From positions 124,001 to 188,000 of the forward strand of contig MCFE01000057.1 in assembly GCA_002104905.1 (NCBI GenBank): a stretch of DNA of 64,000 nucleotides, read 5' to 3'. Under the pieces are notes generated by a model. The model worked only from the letters and a program-made list of their open reading frames with translations. It was not told the DNA's origin and did no database searches. The translations under genes were made by a program, and so were the position numbers. The stretch is from Basidiobolus meristosporus CBS 931.73 (taxonomy: Eukaryota > Fungi > Basidiobolomycota). Of this stretch, positions 27,306 through 39,295 are shown piece by piece; the first letter of the stretch is position 1; the number at the start of each line of letters is the position of its first letter.

Positions 27306-28245
27306 ATCCAATGAAGTCACAATAATTTTCAACATATAAATATATTAATAAATACATGACAAGCATATTTATTTCATGAAATATGTCTTTGATTAACAAG
27401 AGAGGCCCATTCGATCTGATCGGAGATGAATCAAGGAAGCCACCGCTCAGTGGGTCTATGTGAACACTCAGTCAGTGTGAGATGCATCTAGATTACCTCT
27501 CCTCTACAGCTGAATGCGGGCAAGTATTCAAATATAATTAACACCCTTTAAGGAAGAACACCTCTGGCGAGGCTTCTACTTGTGTTTTCCTCTGATGTCA
27601 ACAAGCACAGATCAAGTCCGCAATCTAAAGTTGGCTATTGTCGTAAGTCATGGAGATGGACATTTACGAACAGAGGATCCCAAGTGAGCGAGATACGCGC
27701 ACTACCATAGGCCCGTCTTGATGATCATCGGGATCTGCAAGGGAGAAAAAGCACTTCGGAGAGAACGTATTCGGGTGGTGTGCTACTCTACCATAGCAGA
27801 TGGGAATATTCCAGAGGGACCATTTTTGGCTTGGATGGTTTGAAAGATCGTGAAGGCCAACGGTTTTGGGTGATATTGGTAGGTCGTATACGATCTTTCA
27901 GACGATTGCCGCAGGGCTTGCTTTGGAATGCTGTCGATTGAGTACCAGCGAGGCACCTAGAACCCAGTCTAAAGATACAGAAGACATGTTTGGTAAGTGG
28001 GAAATAGGCATCGTAGTATTGGACCTCAATATGACTTGATTCTACCAACTGAATTAGGCTATCCGCCAATCGAAGTGATGTAGTGGGCTTTCCTAAATTG
28101 GGGCTTGGCATGCAGTAATGAGAGTTTCAAGCATCGCCTAAAATTAGTGAGATTAAAAAGCTAAATCTCAATAAAGATACCTGCCTGCTTATAAGTATCC
28201 GTCCGGGCCTACACCCCCGCCAAGACTGTGCCCATCACTAAAACC

Positions 28246-28499
28246 ATGGCACGTCGGAGCAAAAGCGACATCTCGAAGCTTCGCGAAGCTTCGACTCCCT
28301 CAAGTTAGTCCAATCCATCATACAAATCTTCAACCCGGTCCCGGAAGAGGCCCCGGCTCAAGGCGATCCACAACCATTGGACTTTAAATTCAACAGCAAC
28401 GGCAAACTCCGGAATGCCGACGCGCTTCCCAGTTTCGACGAGTTGATGGTCAGTGAGAAGGTCGTTCGTGTCTCACTCACTCCCTCCATTGCTCTGTAG
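28246..28499 (+). CDS. Candidate microprotein A (about 64-69 aa) with the LPxFDEL...SLTP motif; probably one intron, 5' structure uncertain
   Basis: The frame ending at TAG 28497-28499 reads DPQPLDFKFNSNGKLRNADALPSFDELMVSEKVVRVSLTPSIAL*. ATG 28246 (aaaaccATGg, TATAAG at 28190) is in another frame. An intron from GTTAGT 28304 to AG 28347 or 28362 restores the frame. Confidence 0.6.
28273..28294. promoter_or_regulatory. Perfect 22-bp palindrome that also forms a perfect four-unit heat-shock-element-like array
   Basis: tcgaagcttcgcgaagcttcga = cGAAg cTTCg cGAAg cTTCg (28274-28293), also a 10-bp tandem duplication. Confidence 0.5.
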
Positions 28500-28744
28500 T
28501 TGACCCGCCTCGAATACAGCCCTCGAACTGTCGCAGGTCGATGATGTATATATTCCAAATCTTCATGAAAATTTAGTAATTTAATAACGATGTACACGTT
28601 GAGATTTGACACTGGGGAATTTATTTCACTTCCTGGTTGTAGATAAAAATACAATAAACTAAACTATTCACAGAGTGCTTATGTACAGGTGTAGGTGGGG
28701 TAGTGAGAAGCGTAGGGAATCATCTGGGCGCAGCCGTTAGTCAG

Positions 28745-29032
28745 TTAGATTGCAATGCGCGGCGTTAGTTGAACATGGATGGTCTGTTGGGTGTTCAGCA
28801 GATCCTCGAAGTTTGGAAGGGAATGTCTGTCCTCGATGATCCCGTTGGGATTGCATTTGAACAGCACCCAGTCGTCATATTCGGACACAGACGACTTGTC
28901 GCTCACTGTCTCGAAGGAGTTGGAGCTGAAGGATTTGGTATTAAAGCAATAGAGGAATGCGGAGATGGGGGGTTTATGCATTTGTTGGTACTCTCCAGAT
29001 ACCCGGCGTTTTAGATCTTTAAAGGTGAGCAT
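28745..29032 (-). CDS. Candidate microprotein B (95 aa) with the LPxFEDL...LTP motif
   Basis: MLTFKDLKRR...LFKCNPNGIIEDRHSLPNFEDLLNTQQTIHVQLTPRIAI*; TATAAAA at 29078-29084, about 45 nt upstream of ATG 29032. Confidence 0.72.
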   Translation of the reverse strand: MLTFKDLKRRVSGEYQQMHKPPISAFLYCFNTKSFSSNSFETVSDKSSVSEYDDWVLFKCNPNGIIEDRHSLPNFEDLLNTQQTIHVQLTPRIAI

Positions 29033-29852
29033 GATTAGGTGAGGTTCGTTGTGGAAAGTGTAGAAGGATTCTCCTCTTTTTATAACTTCGTCGATCCTGA
29101 TGTCAGTCACACCTATCACGGAATTCGAAAGTGAGACTTGCAACCGATCTGAGTAATCCGTATATGGGACTGCGATGACTAATCTACTGGTGATGCGTCA
29201 TTGGGGTCGAGAAGGAATAGCGCCAGAAAATGTTTGACATTCTTACTCGCTGCTGAGTCGCTCAGGAATTGGGAAGTTACCAAGCTGATTCAACAGGTGT
29301 AACTAGTGGGGGCTATATCATTTGTTGCGAGTGGTGAATCACTGCCCTTCCCCCTTAATTCTCAGCTTAGTGGGAATGTAGTGTTCTTATCAGTGATCAT
29401 GAGACTGCATTTACATCAGCACCAGAATCTAAGCTTTCGGATGCAGAATATCTCTGGAATCACCGGTGCCGAGAAAGTCGAGATTGTTCAATCCCAGCTT
29501 TCTCTAGATCCAATTACTCTGGACGTGCGGGCATGGTATCAGTACGTATTTTTGAAACCACCTTACGCATTCGGTACCTCGAATCGGCCGCCACTTCTTT
29601 CATTTGTGACTTTAGGCTGGGATTCGGTTCAATTGATGGAACCATATATATATAACGATGGCTGGATGAAATATCCGTTACTCCGAATCTCTGCTTGGTT
29701 TTATATAGTAGTATACATAGTGTTGATGGGTGGAAACCGTCATAATAATACAAGTGTGAAATCTACATTATAGGAATAATAACTGTAATAGTCTTTTGGC
29801 CAGAAATGATGTGCGTATGGTGCAAATGGGATAGAGATGCTCAAGAGCTTTG

Positions 29853-30116
29853 CTACTGCGCGACCACCGGGGTCAGTGAAAAGTGATAGGTTTTTCCATT
29901 GCTTAGCATGTCATCGAAGTGTGGCATGGATTGCAGCAACTGACGGCGAACCTTGCCACGGGAAATATCCACCTCCTCGACCCTAGCCGTCGACGGGAAT
30001 GTAGAACTGAAGCCAAATGTATTTGTCAAACTACTCACTTTGCCCTTTGGCTTGACTGCCTCGTCGTGGAAGGAGCATATCTTGCGGATTGATTTGATTG
30101 GGGAGAACTTGAACAT
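29853..30116 (-). CDS. Candidate microprotein C (87 aa) with the MPxFDDM...SLTP motif
   Basis: MFKFSPIKSIRK...LQSMPHFDDMLSNGKTYHFSLTPVVAQ*; TATAAAA at 30163-30169, about 46 nt upstream of the ATG. Confidence 0.72.
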   Translation of the reverse strand: MFKFSPIKSIRKICSFHDEAVKPKGKVSSLTNTFGFSSTFPSTARVEEVDISRGKVRRQLLQSMPHFDDMLSNGKTYHFSLTPVVAQ

Positions 30117-33100
30117 GGGGCGCTGTCAACGAGTGTGAGTAGCTGCGTGGGATAGTTTGTCTTTTTATACCGCAACACTGCCCCCACTACCTCATCTCCC
30201 TCGGGCAGACCCCTAATCAAAACACCACATTCGCTGCCAGTGTTACGGCAAAGCAGGTTTCTGGATTTCACTTCAACGCTTCGTGTCTCGACGCCGCATT
30301 GAATTCCTAATATGAGCTACCAAGGTACGAGGTCCATCATACCAGTATCCAAGAGGGAGCCTCTGGTGTAACAACAATTAGGTATCAATTAGGGATACAA
30401 AAGTCCATTTGGCAGCTGACTATGAACCTTGCACCATTTTGCTGCTGTACCCACTCAACACTTGACAAATCTCGCCTTGTCTAGTGTTTCAGCGGGAGAG
30501 CAATCATGGGTAAATGTGAAGATCACTCTAGGTTCTGCGACTTCCATATTAAGATGATGTGTTTCATAAATGGAGGAACATTCAATTAGGATTCTAGGGC
30601 CTAGTTGTTTAGTCAGGTGCATGGTAAAAGCGAGCAAAAGTAGTGGGATCCTCGATCACGAATGACTCAAGACATACTGCCTATTGGCCCATAATCTATA
30701 TGTGATCTCCAGAGCACATCATCCTCAAGGCAGGCGTGTGGTGTCTGATTGATTTCCGCAATAAAATATACGGATCACATTACTAAAACATATCACATGA
30801 CCAAGGGTCTCACTAGCTCGTTACCTGTTAGTGTTTAGAACCGTTCATCGCGTGATTTAAGCTCACAGCCTTACTAGCCATGAGGGTGGTCAGATGACAG
30901 GTGGTGTGGTATAAGTGACATACATTCTGACGAATATAGCGTAACCATCCGTTCCATGAAGACCACCATCATTCTTGCAATACCGCATATTGCGTGTCTA
31001 CTTGCCTCCCTGAACCTTCGATCATGGTTGAAAAGTATAGACGTTGGAAGGTGTCTGTAAGGGTAAATGAAAAGAGAGGAACAATGTGATCAGACTACGC
31101 TCATGAAAGTCGGCTTATAGAAATATTAACTTGTAATTTGCCAATCATGCTGATTGGGTGCAAACATCGTCTGTTCTGAAATCTGAGATAGCAATAGTTG
31201 ATGGATATCAAGCTGCTAGTTTCATTCATGCTTCTACCAAGGGGGGACATTGCGCATCATGAATCTGCAACTTTGTGAGCGCATTGTTGTAAACCCCACA
31301 CATGATCTAGTAACTGATGGCTGTCTTAGAAACTCATGAGAGTAGTTGGCTAATCTACACAATCTGGTGGAGATATGGCACTGCCCAATGGTCGGATGAA
31401 CATAAACTCCCTTGAAGATGATCACTTAAAAATACGAACAAACCATCATTGGAGATGGAGAATCACAACTTATTTTTGTTTAAACCACCAGATGCCATTG
31501 ATGCAAATCAAACAACTATCCCTTCCCCGTGAAGATACGAAAATCATGTCCACCCAAGGGTCACTTTAAGCAATCTTGAAAATATCTGCCAACTGGGATT
31601 TTCCGATTAATGGCTGCCATACAGAAATACATCAGACAATCCCTCAAATTTGACAACCAGATATCACAGTGGTATGCACGAAATTACATCCTCCAAGAGG
31701 CGCCAAATCAAAAATCTTGGATGTAAACACTATATGGCTCTCCAGACCATAATACCAAATCCTCAGTATAGTATCAACGGGCGAATATGGGATACTGCGC
31801 ATTACTATATCGATGGTCAGGTAGAACGTAAGCAAAGCTGACATCGCCACTGTATCTTGTTAAAGACGCAATTATTTATACCAACACAGTGGAGCATACT
31901 CTAAATGGTAAGAGATCCAAGATCAAAACAAACGTAAATCAACCCAGGTATACCGTCCACCAATGGCCTCAGGTCTATTGTGATTGAAAAGGAACACTAT
32001 CCAAAAGAAGAGAAATGTCCATGCTCCCGGTTACATTATCTTCCTTCGAAGCATCGTTACCAACAATGGACATAGAATCATCCTGGTTACGCTCAATCAT
32101 TGGTATGCTATTTTTGCATAGATCATATCGCTTTGTTTTCGCTAGTTGGTATTGGTTCGATTGAATTGCGGTTGGGGCCTACAAGCAAATCATGAAATTG
32201 ATGGTCCTCTTTTCAATGTGCATGTGGGATTATTAGTGAGTCGGATTACTCGAAATACACTGTTGCCCATCTAAAGGAGTTGGTAGACAAGTGTTGTAAG
32301 TATATGTAAAAAATCTCGTCGATCAAGGAGCCACAGGTTGCTTTTGAACGCTAAGTCTAGACGAGTCAAAAATAGGACATTTCTATCGGTAGGAGTGACT
32401 TTCGATATAGAATCGGCTGCTAAGCTAAAAATAGGAAGCCGCCTATTATGCCATCCACTACTGTTTTCACTCTATCTAATCCGAAAGCAATATCAATTAT
32501 AAGGTAGTGAATGTTTCGATTTGACCATTCACTATTGGTGGCAACGGATAGGTTGGCGGGTAGCCTGTTTCAATAGTTTACCACTAGCTCAACAGGCCTC
32601 TCCACTCTTTGTTGCTTGCTCTGCTTGAAGCATCTGCCAATGGTGACTGGGCGATTTAGTACTTAAGTGCTATTGATTCCATCGGTGTTTCTATATTAAA
32701 TCATGGTTTTCGAATTCATTTTCCAAAAAAGTGAAGCGCTACTATTGTAGATAACAGTATCCTGGCAAGGTATTCGAGAATTCCTAATGTCGAGGCATAT
32801 GGGGGTGTGGATCCGACATAAAAACATTGTTACCTTGGAAAGCATTTATTTGCTGTTCACATTTCATAAATAAACCAACCACTCTCTTTTTCCATTTCTC
32901 TCGTTCTCTCCTTTGTCTGGTTTCATCGGGTGCCTTGTACTAGTTCAACTTCTTTTTTTTGGTACCAATTAGACGCTGAAGAAAAACCCTGTCTCCTGTC
33001 TGTCCTTTTCTACATTGATACCAGCAATCCCTTCATACATCGAGATTTCAGTCTGAACTCGATATCCGTGCGACAGCTTTACCATTGTCCATATAATCAC

Positions 33101-33202
33101 AGGTAAGTCGGTGTTACACCGTACTACATCAAAGAATAGGATTCGGCAGTCTAACATGCGTTACCATCCAGTATCTTCGATATTGACAATAGAGTAGTTG
33201 CC

Positions 33203-36200
33203 ATGGGTTCAAACGGCACAATACCGTATGATCTAGTGACTCTTTCGTCACCCTCGGAGGATGATGTTACTCATGTCCTAGAGGACAACTTTGAACAAAA
33301 CAACACATATTTAAAGATCGGGGCCCACGTACTCCTCTCCCTGAATCACGGCCAAATATCCCCACGAAAGAGTGCTGAGTTGGAAGAATATATCAATGAT
33401 TTTAGAGATGCCCAGCCTACTTATGGCGATAGATTGAGGCCACACATATTCCAAACAGTCAGCCATGCCTACCTCGAGATGCGACGCACCGGTTACAACC
33501 AATCCATCGTATTCAGGTAATTGGGTGACATGATTCCAGAATATTCATGATGTCTGACATTTCTCTTTATCTAGCGGGGAGACCGGCAGTGGTAAATCCA
33601 CCAACAAATTCCTTGCCCTAGAAGCGTTGGGCAAGATAAGAGAGCCGTCTAAAAAGGAATCGCACGTCGTGAAGCTGATCACTAACGCGTGCAAGATCCT
33701 GGAAGCATTCGGGAACGCTGGAACGGTTAGAAATCCCAACGCCTCGCGGTTCGGAAGTTACATCGAGATTCAATTCAACGAGCGCGGTCGTATTCTGGGG
33801 TCCAAATTCTTGGATTACCTTTTGGAGAAGTCCCGGGTGACACAGCCGACCCACGGTGAGCAAAACTTCCATGTCTTCCACTACTTGCACAATGGGGCGT
33901 CCATCGACGAGAGGGTGCATTTCCATTTCGCCGATACCGCCGAGTTCTCCTACCTTCCTCAGAACTCCGCCTACATTAGAGAGGACGATGCAAGGAAGTT
34001 CCACGAGCTTCGTGACTGCATGAAGTCCCTTGGGCTTAACAAGAAATACCAGAACCAGATCTTTCGACTGTTGGCTGCTATCCTGCATCTGGGTAATCTC
34101 ACTTTCGTCGATGCGCACAACAAGAATCTCGAGGCGTCGTCTGTCAAGAATGTCGAAGTCCTGGATACGGTGGCGGAATTCCTCGGCGTTTCGACAGCAT
34201 CCCTCGAGAGTGTCTTGACCTACAAAACACAGCTGGTCAAAAAGGAGATGTGCACAATTTTCCTCGATGCAAAGCATGCCGAGATCCAGAGGGATAGCTT
34301 GGCAAGGGCTTTGTATTCCTTGTTGTTCAGTTGGATCGTGGAGTTTGTCAACACCAAGCTGTGCAGTGAGGAGCAAACGAACTTCATCGGTCTCGTGGAC
34401 ATGATGGGATTCCAAAACCGCTCGGTGGACTCCTTCAACCAGTTCTGCGTCAATTTCGCCAATGAGCGAATCCACAACTTCCTCAATCACCAGATATTCG
34501 AGTTGAACAACATCGATTATGAGGATCAAGGAATCGCAGTCCCCAATATTGCCTACTTCGACAACTCCTCATGTATCGATCTCATCATGAAACCGAAGAC
34601 CGGCCTCATCTCGATCATGGACAATCTCGCCAGCAAGTCGGAGAATGAGGTGTCGGACCAGGAGCTGCTCGAGGCTCTGGAGAACGCACAAAATAGCCAC
34701 GACAGCTTTATCAGTTTCCCGGGCGATTCGCACTCTGGATTTGCTATCCGGCATTATGCTGGCAAGGCCAGCTATTCAATCCAAGGATTCATGGAGAAGA
34801 ATACCGAAAACATCGGAACGGACTTCATCGACCTTTTCCGTGGTGGCTCGGACGTGAAACCTACTAGCAACTCCTTTATTGCCGGCCTGTTCTCCAACAA
34901 AACCGTTTCCTACCAATCGCATCCAAGAAACAATGCTACCATCGTGGGCGCCCAACAATCCGCCGCCCCCACAAGGAAGCCCTCCATGCGACGTACCAGA
35001 AAGAAAGACAGCAACAAAGAGTGCAGGGCCATGCAGTTCCAGCAGGCCGTGAGCGAGCTTATCGAAACTCTGGAGGAAACCACTCCCTGGTTTGTGATTT
35101 GCATCCAGCCCAATATCGAGGGGAACCCCAATCAGTTCGACTTCCATCATGTCAAGTCGCAAGTGCGGCGTCTGGGCCTGAGTCAGATTGCTGAACGCCA
35201 GCGTTTCGAATATACGTCGTCAGTCGACTACGATAGCTTTGTGAGACGCTACGGAAGTCATGTCGATTTGCAGGAGCCAGCGTCGCGGGAGGCAATGGAG
35301 CAGCTCCGAACGAACCTCGGTTGGTCGGAACGTGACATGATGCTTGGAAGCACCAAAGTATTTTTGAACTTTGCTGCTTGGAAATACCTTGAAGATCAGT
35401 TACGCGCTGCGGAAAATGAGGACAGATTGCGCCGTAAATCCACCGGTACAAACGTTGAGACTATGAGCCAAGCTGCCCCCTCCATTTTTACAAACAGCGG
35501 GACGGTAAATGAAAGTCGAGAATATTTCCCGGCCACGGGTCGTGTTTCTTCCCCTGGACCAGTGCCTCGGGAGTATCCGCTTTCATCCAACCCAGTGGAC
35601 AATCGGTCATTTTATAGCGGGGCCGAGTCCTACTACAGCGATGAGGATTACTACGAGCGGGAATCCAGTTCGATAGCCGGGACGGAGCCATATCCCCTCA
35701 AGCCGGTTGGGCTGCAGGAGGTCAAGAGGGAAGCAGAGGTATTTGATCCCAAGGAACACCAGGAGCTCAGCAAGCCTAGAAAAAGATGGTTGTGTTGCAC
35801 CTGGGCGTTGACATTCTGGATCCCCACATTTACCCTAAGTATGTGTGGTAGAATGAAGCGACCAGATGTTCAGATCGCTTGGCGTGAAAAGACCGCGTTA
35901 TGCATGATCATCTTCTTCCTATGTATTTTCGTCCTCTTCTTCCTTATCTTCTTTGGCCGACTTATCTGCCCCAGACAGTATGTTTATTCATCAACCGAAC
36001 TTGCAAGACATACATCAGCCGATAGCCCGTTCGTGTCCATTCGTGGAGAAGTGTTCACCATCAAAAACTTCGTCCACTACACCGTTCCGGCCTCGGCCAT
36101 CATCACGGAATATGCAGGCAAGGAAGTTGGCGATCTACTCTTTCCAATGCAGATCAGCATGGTTTGTGATGGGTATGATGGCCCGATCGATCCAGCGGTA

Positions 36201-38885
36201 GTTATGAACAACTACACCGATGTGAATCACAAGTATCACGATTTCCGTTATCACGTAATGGGGAACCAAATGACCAACTTCTATCAACACAATGTGATGG
36301 CATTCATGCGTGCCAAATATCTAGAGGGACAAATGGCCTATTCTACCCAAACCGTACGTGATTTTGGGCGAAAGGGAGAGTTCTGGGCCATCCTCGACAA
36401 CATGGTGTATGATTTGACTGCTTATGTTAACGGGCATGTGGGAACTCTATTCCCACCTGGAGCGCAGACGCCCAGGGTGAACACTCAGTTTCTGGATCCG
36501 TACCTAGTTGATTTGTTTAGGTACAACCTCGGGAGCGATATTACACATCGGTTCAATAATTTGTACCTCGATAAACCCGAACTTAAGCAGAAGATGAAGG
36601 TTTGTCTTCAGAACTTATTCTACAAAGGAGTTGTCGATACCCGAAACTCGCCACAGTGCAAGTTCTCGAATTACATCCTGCTGGCATGTACGATCTTCTT
36701 GGGCTCGGTGATCTTCTTCAAGTTCTTGGCCGCTCTGCAGCTTGGTTCTCGCCGTGAGCCCGAGGAACACGATAAATTCGTCATTTGCCAGGTGCCCTGT
36801 TATACCGAGGGCGAGGAATCCCTGAAAAACACCATCGACTCGCTAGCCGTATTGAAATATGACGACAAACGAAAGCTACTTTTCATCATTGCCGATGGTA
36901 TGATTATTGGTGGTGGTAACGACAAGCCCACGCCAAGAATTGTGCTGGATATCCTAGGTGTGGACGAAAGCGTGGATCCCAAACCAGTTGCCTACAAGGC
37001 CCTTGGTGAGGGAAACCAACAACTGAACATGGCCAAGGTTTATACCGGTCTGTACGAATGCTCAGGACACGTAGTGCCATTCATGGTGGTCGTCAAGGTC
37101 GGAAAGCCCAGTGAACGCTCCAAACCTGGAAATCGTGGCAAGCGTGACTCGCAGCTTATCATCATGAATTTCTTCAACAAGGTCCACTTCGACCGACCAA
37201 TGTGTCCTTTGGAGTTGGAGATGTACCACACGCTGAAGAATGTCATCGGTGTCGATCCATACTTCTACGAGTATGTCCTCATGGTGGATGCCGATACCAT
37301 TGTCATGCCCGATTCTCTCAACCGAATGGTGTCCTGTATGCTCAACGACAGCAAGATCATGGGTATTTGCGGTGAGACGGAGTTGTTGAACGGAAAGGCC
37401 ACCATCACCACCATGATTCAGGTCTACGAATACTTCATCTCTCATCATCTGGCCAAGGCTTTCGAATCCCTCTTTGGCTCGGTCACCTGCTTACCCGGTT
37501 GCTTCTCCATGTATCGTTTCCGAACTCCGGTTAAGGCGCAGCCCTTGCTGATCGCCGATTGCATTGTCAATGATTATTCCGAGAACAAGGTGGACACTCT
37601 TCACAAAAGGAATCTGTTGTCGTTGGGTGAGGATCGTTACCTGACCACGCTAATGTTGAAGCACTTCAACTACAACAAGATGACCTTCACACCGGATGCC
37701 AAGTGCAAGACCAACGCCCCAGATCAGTGGTCGGTCCTACTCTCCCAGCGTCGTCGTTGGATCAACTCCACGGTTCACAACCTGTTCGAATTGGTGTATC
37801 TACCCAGACTCTGTGGTTTCTGCTGTTTCTCTATGCGCTTTGTGGTCATGATCGATCTTATCTCCACGATGATCATGCCCATTCTATGCATCTACCTGGG
37901 CTACCTGATTTACTCCATTTGCACCGACACTTCCAACCTCCCACTCACCTCAATTATCCTGCTTGCCGCTATTTATGGCCTCCAGGTGATCATTTTCCTT
38001 GTCAAGCGACAATGGCAACACATCGGCTGGATGATCGTCTACTTGATCTCCCTTCCCATTTTCAGTTTCTTCCTTCCGGTTTATTCCTTCTGGCATTTCG
38101 ATGATTTCTCGTGGGGTAATACCCGTGTGGTTGTCGGGGAATCCGGAAAGGTCGCGCACGTCGCGACGGAGGAGAAGTTTGATCCTGCTAGCGTTCCTCT
38201 GAAGAAGTGGAGCGAGTATGAGCTGGAGAATTGGGAGATTGCCTCGCAGATGTCTGACTCCAAAGATTCTAGAGTGATTGGCTCCATGCACTCCGAGAAC
38301 CGTAGCAGAAGCCAAATCTCCCGAGTATCTCGCGCGGACGCACCATCGCCATATCAAAGCATGTCGACCCTGCCTAGGTATGGCTTCCCTGCGGAAGCAT
38401 ATTCTTCAAGGAACAATTCCCGCGAGAGATCCATGTCCCCAGGCTATGCAGGCCTGCCAAGATCCATGAGCCGTGCGACGTCCTATGATCGCGCCCCCAG
38501 CTCGAATCCCTACTCCACCGTCAATTCAAGCTCAGATATGAGGTTGCCAGTCAGAAGCTTCAGCTCATCGTCTTTGAATCCAAATAACCCATTCTCCAAC
38601 TATAACGGGGCCGCTATTCCTCCCGAAGCTGGGGAGTCTTATTTCCCAGAGCCGCAAGTGAATGTGTACCCAGCCTCCAATCCAAGCACCCCGGGCATTC
38701 CAAACCTTCCCAGTGACGAGGAGATCCTGCAAGAGGTCCGCACAATCCTATCTACGGCCGATCTAATGTCTATCACCAAAAAGCAAGTCCGTGATGAATT
38801 GACCCACTTCTTTGGAGTGGACATGACCATCCGAAAGGAGTATATCAACAACTGCATTGATATGATACTTCAAGGGCAACTGTAA
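33203..38885 (+). CDS. Chitin synthase with N-terminal myosin motor-like domain (class V type), cytochrome b5-like region and DEK_C domain; one coding intron near 33517-33572
   Basis: P-loop GETGSGKS, NPNASRFG, QFCVNFANE; catalytic motifs NRGKRDSQ, VDADT, CGET, LGEDRYLTT, QRRRW; C-terminal LPSDEEILQEVRTIL...TKKQVR. A likely 5'-UTR intron lies at 33103-33171 (GTAAGT...CTAAC...CAG). Confidence 0.97.
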
Positions 38886-39295
38886 TGTGTATTTTTCATT
38901 GTTTAATCTAGTCACCTCCTTGTCTTATAGATTCTTATTATAATCAAAATAAACACCCTTCCATCACGATGTAGCATTTGTGTAGCATTTGGCCAGGCTT
39001 TGTCTGAAGGTATTCTTATTCTAGTCTTGGGATTAGGTGGGTGGATCTCAGCTTCGATGATGAACAATTAAATACTCAACGACTCAAAAAAGTAAAGAAA
39101 AAATTTACAGTGAAAATTGAGATTATAGCGTAGCGAATGGGAAGCACTTGAGATGGGATGTATGTGAAAACCGAAATAACGAAAACCGATTAATTTACAA
39201 GCAAAATAGAGGAAAGTGGGGTGCTGTTGGTAGGATAGGGTGAGTGGGATGGGCGATAGTACATGCGTCTGCGCAGAAAGCTGGTCAAGCAGAAT

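Noticed and set aside
27420-28111. 107-aa minus-strand ORF and GTAAGT donor sites on the plus strand after clathrin
   Set aside because: No consistent spliced reading frame could be assembled on either strand and no homology was recognised.
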